From Polyangiaceae bacterium (GTDB lineage Bacteria > Myxococcota_A > Polyangia > Polyangiales > Polyangiaceae), in assembly GCA_965222375.1 (NCBI GenBank), contig CBDCTZ010000005.1, positions 384,001-448,000 on the forward strand: a stretch of DNA of 64,000 nt. The letters run 5' to 3'. The notes below the pieces were generated by a model, which worked only from the letters and a program-made list of their open reading frames with translations, was not told the DNA's origin and did no database searches. The position numbers were made by a program, and so were the translations under genes. Numbering within the stretch: the stretch's first letter is position 1; each line of letters begins with the position of its first letter. Shown here piece after piece: positions 56,837 through 64,000 of the stretch.

Positions 56837-57646
56837 GTGAGCTACGGCCAGCAGCAATTCGTTCTTCCCAAGCCCGGACGGGCACTGAAGGGCGTCATGC
56901 TCGGGCTGTTCGCGATTTGGCTCGCGTTCGCCCTGGGGATGAACTGGGCCAACGTTCCCCCCGAGACCTTCTACCTCTTCGCTGGCAATACCCAGCTCAT
57001 TCTGGAGGGGCAGGTCTGGCGCATCTTCACGGCCCCCCTGCTGCACGTACCCAGCGTCGGCGGGATCGCATTCGTGCTGATTGGTCTGTACTTCCTCACG
57101 CCAACCCTCGAGGAGCAATGGGGAGGCGCACGTCTGCTGCGCTTCCTCGCCCTCTCCAGCATCTTCGCCTACCTATTCCAGGCGTTGTTGGAGCTGGCCC
57201 TGGGCGCCAACCTCGCCGCCAAGCTCGTCGGAGAACATTGGCTTTCGGCCATTCCGGCCATCGAGGCCGTCGCCATCGCCTGGGCCCTCACGTTCCGGGG
57301 CCAGACGGTACGCCTCTTCTTCATCCTGCCCGTCACTTCGCGGGGCTTGATCCTATTCGTGGTCGGCATGTCTGTGCTCTACGTGATCACCCTCGAGAAG
57401 CCCATGTGCGGACTGCTCTCGCCCTTCGGCGGCATGATCGCGGGTTACATCTTTGGCGGCGGCACGCCCTCACCGGCGCGCCGCTTCTGGCTGAGCATGC
57501 GCTTGGCGCGCCTCGAGCGTGAAGCCAAACGGGACCGCAGCTCCCGAAAGCGCCGCGTGCAAGGTTCCGGCTTGCGGGTCATCTCCGGCGGACAAGGTGA
57601 CGACGACGACGACAAGCGCGGCCCGGACGGCAACCTGCTGAACTAG
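56837..57646 (+). CDS. Rhomboid-like membrane protein lacking the catalytic dyad
   Basis: GQVWRIFT.PLLH, LEEQWG..R.LRF; no GxSG or catalytic His; C-terminal LRVISGG tail. Confidence 0.75.
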   Translation: MSYGQQQFVLPKPGRALKGVMLGLFAIWLAFALGMNWANVPPETFYLFAGNTQLILEGQVWRIFTAPLLHVPSVGGIAFVLIGLYFLTPTLEEQWGGARLLRFLALSSIFAYLFQALLELALGANLAAKLVGEHWLSAIPAIEAVAIAWALTFRGQTVRLFFILPVTSRGLILFVVGMSVLYVITLEKPMCGLLSPFGGMIAGYIFGGGTPSPARRFWLSMRLARLEREAKRDRSSRKRRVQGSGLRVISGGQGDDDDDKRGPDGNLLN

Positions 57647-57710
57647 CCCGGCGCCGCCCCAGAGCTCTGTATTTTGCTGGTGCACGCTTCGTGCTAAAGC
57701 CGTCTGCAAC

Positions 57711-58262
57711 GTGGAGCTGGTGCTGGAAGCCGATGCCGCGCAGCGCGGTTTGCGTCGTGTCGCGGGCCAAATTGTGGAACGCAACCACGGCCTGAAAGAC
57801 GTGGTCCTGATCGGGATCCGTCGTGGCGGCGAACCCATTGCCGAGCAGCTCGCGCACTGGCTCAAGGAGCTCGAAGACGCAGATGTCCCCCGAGGCAGCA
57901 TCGACATCACGCTATACCGAGACGACAGCGCGACCGCGCTCGCCAATCCCAAGATTGGCCCCAGTCAAATCCCCGGATCGCTACAGGACAAGATCGTCGT
58001 GCTGTGCGACGACGTGGTCTACACCGGGCGTACCGTGCGAGCAGCGATTGACGCCATGATGGACTACGGAAGGCCGCGTCGAATCGAGCTCGCGGCCTTG
58101 GTCGACCGGGGCGGGCGTGAGCTCCCGATTCAACCGGACTACTCCGTGGTCAAGTTGGACCTAGAGCACACGGACCGCGTCGACGTGATGGATGACGCCA
58201 TCGGGCTCAGAGCCATCGTGCACTCCACCGGGGCGCGCTCAGTCGTGCCGAGTTTCATATGA
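57711..58262 (+). CDS. pyrR: Pyrimidine regulatory protein / uracil PRTase
   Basis: [41 protein letters not shown]. Confidence 0.92.
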   Translation: MELVLEADAAQRGLRRVAGQIVERNHGLKDVVLIGIRRGGEPIAEQLAHWLKELEDADVPRGSIDITLYRDDSATALANPKIGPSQIPGSLQDKIVVLCDDVVYTGRTVRAAIDAMMDYGRPRRIELAALVDRGGRELPIQPDYSVVKLDLEHTDRVDVMDDAIGLRAIVHSTGARSVVPSFI

Positions 58263-59203
58263 CCAGCGACCGCATGAGGCACCTGCTCTCCGCGTCCGAC
58301 CTGGACGCCGAGAGCGCTTATCGCATCCTGGACACCGCGAAGGCCTTCCTCGAGGTCAGCCGGCGCCCGATTCGCAAGGTGCCAACCCTGCGCGGCAAGA
58401 CGGTGATCAACTGCTTCTTCGAGGCCTCAACCCGCACTCGAACCAGCTTCGAATTGGCTGGCAAGCGCCTGGGTGCCGATGTGGTCAACATGGGCGGCGC
58501 CGGCTCCAGCACAAGCAAGGGCGAAACCCTGAAGGACACCGTTGCGACTCTGGACGCCATGCACGCCGACGTGATCGTGGTGCGTCACGGCGCGAGCGGA
58601 GCACCCCACTACGTCGCGGAGCGCGCCCGCGCGGCGGTGGTCAACGCCGGTGACGGCATGCACGAGCACCCGACGCAGGCACTGCTCGATGCTTTCACGA
58701 TCCGCCAGCACATGGGCAAGCTCGAGGGGCTTCGAATCACCATCGTCGGCGACATTCAGCACAGCCGGGTGGCACGCTCGAACGCGATCCTGCTCTCCTT
58801 GCTCGGAGCGAAAGTATCCGTGGCCGGCCCGCGCACCATGTTGCCCTTCCCCGAAGACGCCCTTGGGGTCCGCAGCTACGACCGCCTGGAGCCTGCCCTC
58901 GAAGGGGCCGACGTGGTCATGATGCTGCGGATCCAACGCGAGCGTTTGGGCGGAGCGTTGTTCCCAAGCCTGCGTGAGTACTCCCAAGTGTATGGTCTAA
59001 ACGCGAAGCGCCTCGATCTAGCGAAGAAGGACGCCATCGTGATGCACCCAGGCCCCATGAACCGGGGAGTCGAGATCGCCGACGACATCGCCGACGGCCC
59101 CCGCAGCGTCGTCCTCGATCAAGTGGAGGCGGGCGTGGCCGTGCGCATGGCGGTGCTCTACGTCTGCGCGAGCGAGCCGGGCTCACCTATCGCAGACGCT
59201 TGA
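58259..59203 (+). CDS. pyrB: Aspartate carbamoyltransferase catalytic subunit
   Basis: [40 protein letters not shown]. Confidence 0.96.
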   Translation: MTSDRMRHLLSASDLDAESAYRILDTAKAFLEVSRRPIRKVPTLRGKTVINCFFEASTRTRTSFELAGKRLGADVVNMGGAGSSTSKGETLKDTVATLDAMHADVIVVRHGASGAPHYVAERARAAVVNAGDGMHEHPTQALLDAFTIRQHMGKLEGLRITIVGDIQHSRVARSNAILLSLLGAKVSVAGPRTMLPFPEDALGVRSYDRLEPALEGADVVMMLRIQRERLGGALFPSLREYSQVYGLNAKRLDLAKKDAIVMHPGPMNRGVEIADDIADGPRSVVLDQVEAGVAVRMAVLYVCASEPGSPIADA

Positions 59204-59283
59204 GACCTGAGTCCGTTTGGTTTTTGGGGGATGGCGCGCCAATCCCGTCATCGAGAGTTCTTCGCGGCCCCCGCGGCGGCTCC

Positions 59284-60138
59284 CTAAGCGTTGAGATCGA
59301 TCTGTGTCGCCGTCGGCAGCGTTTCCGTGAGAAAGCGCGACGCCACGGCCTCGAAGCTCGCGGGCAGGTCGGTCACCAGGAGATCGAGGCGCCGGGGCTG
59401 GCTCGGATTCGGGTTCGGCGAAAGACGCTGTTCGTCCACATACTGCAGGACCGCACGGGCCGTGGCTTCCGCGCTGTCGACCACGGGCACTGGCATGCCG
59501 GCGATACTCTCAGCGACGCGTTCAATCACCGGGCGCAGCAACGGGTAGTGCGTGCAACCCAATACAAGAACCCGCACGCCTTGCTGGATCAGCGGCTTCA
59601 GATAACGAGCAACAGCGAGTTCCGGCACGTCACCGTCAAGCCACCCCTCTTCGACCAAGGGGACCAAGAGCGGCGCCGGCGCCGCCAAGACTTCCAAACG
59701 AGTCGATAACTTCGCTACCGCCCGTGGGTAGGCACCCGAGCTCACCGTCCCGGCTGTACCCAGCACTCCGATCTTCACGTCACCCGCTCCCGCCGCGGCA
59801 GCCGCCTCTGCGGCCCGCACCGCGGCCTGAGCGCCGGGCTCCACCACCCCAAGAACCGGCAGGTCGAGTTCAGCCCTAAGTACTTCGATGCTGACAGCGC
59901 TGGCCGTGTTGCACGCCACCACCAGGGCCTTGATTCCCCGCTGAACCAGCACCCGCGCGCAACCCCGAGCGTAACGCACAACGGTTTCCGCGGAGCGGGT
60001 TCCGTACGGAACGCGCGCCGTGTCGCCCAGATAGATGATGTTCTCTCCGGGCAACGCCACATTCATTGCGTGCACTACGGTCAGCCCGCCAAGCCCGGAA
60101 TCGAATACACCGACAGGCAGTGTCGGGTCTGGGTTCAC
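59284..60138 (-). CDS. murI: Glutamate racemase
   Basis: FDSGLGGLTV, D.ARVPYG, ACNT, LGCTHY. Confidence 0.95.
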   Translation of the reverse strand: MNPDPTLPVGVFDSGLGGLTVVHAMNVALPGENIIYLGDTARVPYGTRSAETVVRYARGCARVLVQRGIKALVVACNTASAVSIEVLRAELDLPVLGVVEPGAQAAVRAAEAAAAAGAGDVKIGVLGTAGTVSSGAYPRAVAKLSTRLEVLAAPAPLLVPLVEEGWLDGDVPELAVARYLKPLIQQGVRVLVLGCTHYPLLRPVIERVAESIAGMPVPVVDSAEATARAVLQYVDEQRLSPNPNPSQPRRLDLLVTDLPASFEAVASRFLTETLPTATQIDLNA

Positions 60139-61464
60139 TCAAATATCCTCGATACGAATCAACCGTGGGCTACTTCGCATGAAGCCTTGCTTGCCGATGG
60201 CGCGCACGGCTCGTTGAACTTCGCCCTCCCGGCAGTCGTGGGTGATGAGCAGGACAGGCACGGCACCATCTTCAGCTGTCGCCCGCCCCTCTTGCACCAT
60301 CTGTTCGATGCTGACACCGGCATCGCCCAGATGCGTGGCAATCTGCCCCAACACGCCTGGCGTATCGCCAACATCAAATCGCAGGTAGAAGCGTGAGGTC
60401 ACGTCATCCATGGACGCGATGGGTCGCTGCTTCATCTGGATGGCGCGCGTGAACAGTCCCGGTTCGCCTTCCATTTTGGAGCGAGCGACATCGACGACAT
60501 CTGCCACGACACTCACGGCCGTCGGCATGTCCCCGGCGCCTTTGCCAACCAGTAAACAAGGCCCGAGCGCACGCCCCATGATGAACGCGCCGTTGAGCAC
60601 ACCGTCGACGTTGGCGAGCACGCTGCCCTTTGGCACCAGCGTCGGGTGCACCCGCAGCTCCACTTTCTCTCCCAGGTCCCGACCGATGGCCAGGTGTTTG
60701 ATGGTGTAGCCGAAGCGATCCGCAAAACGGAAATCCAGCTGGTCGATGGCGCGGATCCCCTCCACGGAAAGCGCTTCAGCGTCCACCCGAGCGCCAAAAG
60801 CCAGCATGCTGATGACCACCAGCTTCTGCGCCGCGTCGTGGCCATCCACGTCCAGGGTCGGATCGGCCTCCGCGTATCCCTTGGCCTGCGCCTCCGCCAG
60901 TACCTCTTCAAAACTGACGCCGTCGTCGCGCATGCGGGTCAGGATGTAGTTGCAGGTGCCATTCAAAATGGCGTGGACTGACTCGACCCAATCGCTCGTG
61001 AGCGCTTCACGCAGCGTCCGAATGATCGGGATCCCCCCGCCGACAGAAGCTTCGAAGGCCAAGTCCACTCCGGCGTCGACGGCTTGTTCGACTAGTGCCG
61101 GCCCATGCTTCGCCAACAGCAACTTGTTAGCCGTAACGACCCCCTTGCCGTGCTCGATGGCCCGCTGCACGTAGTTCTTGGCCGGGCCATCCCCTCCCAT
61201 GACTTCGACCACGACGTCCACGTCCGGACCCAACACTAGTTCCGGATCTGTCGTAATCCATGCTCGCTCGCACTCCGCAACCCGGTCTTTTTCCGGGTCG
61301 CGCACCAGAACATGCTTCACCTCCAGCGGCGCCCCTACCCGCGACGCCAGATACTCGGCGTTGTCCCGAATCAGGCGAAGCACACCGCCACCAACGGTGC
61401 CGCAACCCAAAAGCCCAATACGCACGGGAAACCTAACGCGTTCCTTTTCCAAGATTACCTCCAA
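60139..61464 (-). CDS. hom: Homoserine dehydrogenase with ACT domain
   Basis: GCGTVG, VTANK, FEASVGGGIP, NGTCNYIL, GYAEADP..DVDG.DAAQK, C-terminal ACT. Confidence 0.95.
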   Translation of the reverse strand: MEVILEKERVRFPVRIGLLGCGTVGGGVLRLIRDNAEYLASRVGAPLEVKHVLVRDPEKDRVAECERAWITTDPELVLGPDVDVVVEVMGGDGPAKNYVQRAIEHGKGVVTANKLLLAKHGPALVEQAVDAGVDLAFEASVGGGIPIIRTLREALTSDWVESVHAILNGTCNYILTRMRDDGVSFEEVLAEAQAKGYAEADPTLDVDGHDAAQKLVVISMLAFGARVDAEALSVEGIRAIDQLDFRFADRFGYTIKHLAIGRDLGEKVELRVHPTLVPKGSVLANVDGVLNGAFIMGRALGPCLLVGKGAGDMPTAVSVVADVVDVARSKMEGEPGLFTRAIQMKQRPIASMDDVTSRFYLRFDVGDTPGVLGQIATHLGDAGVSIEQMVQEGRATAEDGAVPVLLITHDCREGEVQRAVRAIGKQGFMRSSPRLIRIEDI

Positions 61465-64000
61465 GAGAGCTTACCGAACGCGGCCCCGTGGGCCTCTCGC
61501 GCAGCGGCGCAGAGCTTAGCTTGCTCTACGGAGCGGGAAAGCTGCATCTGAAACGCCCTGGGTTCGGCAGCTTTTTGGGCGATCGTGTCGGCGAAGGCTT
61601 GGGCAAGCCCGGGGTCGCAGGCGGCCCCCAGACTGGTAACGATGCGGCGCATGGCGAAGCGGGGGAGCCTCTTGTCGACGCGTTCGAAGTTGTCGCGCAA
61701 CCATTTGGCCACCACCGCACCGGTTGCTGCCCGGCCAAGCGGTGGCACGTAGATGCTTGCCAAGTCCTGGACCCTGAACGCGTCCGAGAGCGTTGCCTCG
61801 AGCACCGCTTTGAGCTGAGTGAGGTCCTCGAAGCCGGCGAGCCCCGAAAGCGCCACCATGCGCTCTTCCGGCAGACGCGCCCGTGCCAAGCGCTGCATGA
61901 GCGCGGTCCGATGTGCCTGCCCTGCCCTTCTCGAATGGCTTACCAGGGCCACTCGAGCCATGTCGGGATAGCTGGGCTCCGACGTCGCCAGCCAGCGCTT
62001 GGCAAGCTTGGAGAGTCGGTCCCGCGCCTGCCCGTCTTGGCCGAGATCCGCCAGGACGGCCCAGAGCTCTGAACGCAACAGCCGTTTGCCCTCGGCATCT
62101 TCGGGCTTCGACGTAATCCCAAGTGCGCGCGCAGTTGGAGAGAGCAGTGTGCGTACGAACTTGGCGAACGCGGTGCGGCCGGCGGCCGGCACCCAGTAGT
62201 CGAGCACGTGTAGCTGCCGCAGGATCTCGAGCCAGACGCCACGCTCCCTTTCGACAGAGAACTTGGCGAGCAGCTTCACGTGCTCGATCAGCTCCAGCTG
62301 GCCGCTCTGCACGAGCGCAAAGCTGCCAGCGAGCAACCCGGCGCGTTCTCGCGGTGACAGGAACTTCTGCGCATTGCGGGCCAAGGATGCCTGCACCGCC
62401 GGCTCGAGTTTGGACACGTAGTATCCGCTTTCGGCGTCGTTGGGAGACCACAACCGCGGGCAGCCAGGGAGCGCCAGCTGGTGTCGCGTGGTTTTCCCGG
62501 AGTGCAGCACGCAGACGCGCTGTGGCTTGGTCCCGATCTGGGCGCGAATGCAGACCGGAACCTGCCAAAGCTTGGCTTTGGCACCGGAGCGGCCCAAGGG
62601 CGCCAACTCTTGTTGTCGAACCTCGAGACTGACCTGCTTGCCGCTGCATGCGAGCTTCATCTCCAGCAGCGGCACGCCACTCTGATCGACGAAGCTCGAC
62701 ACCACGCCGGCGACGGGTTTGCCCGAGGCGCTCTCCAGTGCGCGCATCAGATCCGATGCACTGGCGTTGGCGTGGCGGTGCGACCTAGCGTAGCTCTGCA
62801 TCGCCCGCCGGGTCACCGCCTCCCCCAGCCACGCCTCGACCATGCCGATCACGCTCGACCCCTTGACGTAGGTGATGGTGTTGAAAGACGCCAGAGCCTG
62901 AGCTGGAGTGCGGACTGGTTGTCGCACGCTACGCGCCGACGCAAGCTGATCCAGCTGCATTGCCTTGGACCGGGCCCCAGCGCGTTCGGCCGCGATGCCG
63001 AGGGTGGGACGCTGGCGATCGGCGATCTTGGCACCCATCCAGGTTGCTAGCCCTTCGTTCAACCACAGGTCATCCCACCACTCGGAAGTCACGGAGTTGC
63101 CGAACCACTGATTGGCCAGCTCATGCGCCATGATCAGCGCCAGCCCCCGCTTCGCTTCGGCGCCCGCATGCTTCGGATCCTGGAGCAGCAGATCCTCCCG
63201 AAAGGTCACCAGCCCCGGGTTTTCCATGGCCCCTGCACTCATCTCCGGCACCGCGACCAAGTCGAGTTTGGCGTAGGGATAGGGCTCTCCGAAGTACGCT
63301 TCGAGCAAGCCGAGTTGCGCGGACGCGGTTTCGAGCGCCATGCCCGCTAGCTTTCCTTTCCCCGGCAGGGAAAGCACTCGCAGCGGCAACTTGGCAGCCG
63401 GCCCTTTCGTCACCTGAAGCGGGCCGACGGCCAGCGCCACCAGGTAAGTGGGCAAGGGCGGCGTGGCTTGGAATTTGGTCGCCGACAGTCCGCTTGGCAG
63501 GTCCACGGTTTCTCCCTGCGCTGGCGCATTGGCTGCCGCGAGGTAGCCAGTGGGCACGCTGAGGGTCAGCGAAAACGGCGTCTTGAAGCCCGGCTCGTCG
63601 AAGCAGGGAAAGGCACGCCGCGCATCGCTGGGCTCCATCTGCGAAAACGCGTAGCTGTACTCGCCGCTTTGCACGCGATACAATCCACGCAAACCGTCGG
63701 CGAATAGAGCTTCGAATTCGAGGTCCAGCTCGACGCTACCCGGTCCGATCGCCTCTTCGAACTGGAGCACCAGCTCTTCGCCGGCGCTACCCGCGTCAGG
63801 CCGCTGCCGTGCGCGAGCCCAGACCACGCTCTGGAGACTTCGGGCGGCTGCGGTCAACACCTTCGGTCCGTCGGCGTGAAGCACCACGTAGTCGGTCTTC
63901 TGGCTCAGCTGGGTTTGGATCCGAACCCGTCCCAGAAAGCTCGGCTGCCGCGGATCGACGGTCAGATCGAGGGCGTACTCAGTTGGCTCCGCCCAGCCCG
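61455..64000 (-). CDS. M1 aminopeptidase (PepN/ERAP1-like), 5'-truncated by the window edge, with HExxN instead of HExxH
   Basis: ARRAFPCFDEP, GAMEN, HELANQWFG...WLNEG, YVKG; frame stays open to the window end. Confidence 0.88.
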   Translation of the reverse strand, partial: GWAEPTEYALDLTVDPRQPSFLGRVRIQTQLSQKTDYVVLHADGPKVLTAAARSLQSVVWARARQRPDAGSAGEELVLQFEEAIGPGSVELDLEFEALFADGLRGLYRVQSGEYSYAFSQMEPSDARRAFPCFDEPGFKTPFSLTLSVPTGYLAAANAPAQGETVDLPSGLSATKFQATPPLPTYLVALAVGPLQVTKGPAAKLPLRVLSLPGKGKLAGMALETASAQLGLLEAYFGEPYPYAKLDLVAVPEMSAGAMENPGLVTFREDLLLQDPKHAGAEAKRGLALIMAHELANQWFGNSVTSEWWDDLWLNEGLATWMGAKIADRQRPTLGIAAERAGARSKAMQLDQLASARSVRQPVRTPAQALASFNTITYVKGSSVIGMVEAWLGEAVTRRAMQSYARSHRHANASASDLMRALESASGKPVAGVVSSFVDQSGVPLLEMKLACSGKQVSLEVRQQELAPLGRSGAKAKLWQVPVCIRAQIGTKPQRVCVLHSGKTTRHQLALPGCPRLWSPNDAESGYYVSKLEPAVQASLARNAQKFLSPRERAGLLAGSFALVQSGQLELIEHVKLLAKFSVERERGVWLEILRQLHVLDYWVPAAGRTAFAKFVRTLLSPTARALGITSKPEDAEGKRLLRSELWAVLADLGQDGQARDRLSKLAKRWLATSEPSYPDMARVALVSHSRRAGQAHRTALMQRLARARLPEERMVALSGLAGFEDLTQLKAVLEATLSDAFRVQDLASIYVPPLGRAATGAVVAKWLRDNFERVDKRLPRFAMRRIVTSLGAACDPGLAQAFADTIAQKAAEPRAFQMQLSRSVEQAKLCAAAREAHGAAFGKLSWR

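Noticed and set aside
1..64000. Mobile elements, prophage, defence systems, tRNA or rRNA
   Set aside because: No transposase, integrase, phage structural, nuclease or methylase motifs and no RNA-gene patterns recognised by eye

Overview
A 64 kb GC-rich, gene-dense chromosomal segment, most likely from a myxobacterium (Myxococcota, Polyangiales-like). This is inferred from three eukaryote-like Ser/Thr kinases, PEGA and DUF4388-type proteins, an MglA-family GTPase, a PilR/pilin cluster and many Cys-rich lipoproteins. I found no rRNA, tRNA, CRISPR array, transposase, integrase or phage gene. Housekeeping genes are argB, an RluA-family synthase, purH, a pabB-like gene, nikR, pyrR, pyrB, murI, hom and a dnaK paralogue. 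Most interesting: (1) an orphan ParA ATPase with two N-terminal treble-clef-like Cys4 motifs, coupled to a small ribbon-helix-helix-like partner; (2) a MerR-like gene and a stand-alone Cys/His-cluster + sigma70 region-4 gene behind a palindrome-rich intergenic region; (3) four paralogous pilins with a sigma54 promoter, a palindromic enhancer and PilR; (4) an ECF sigma operon with a possible long/short isoform switch, divergent from a rhomboid protease; (5) a kinase-PEGA gene with an internal ribosome-binding site; (6) five proteins lacking canonical catalytic residues; (7) recurrent -10-like boxes 6-9 nt before start codons, suggesting leaderless mRNAs. All calls come from motif recognition by eye; no database searches were run.
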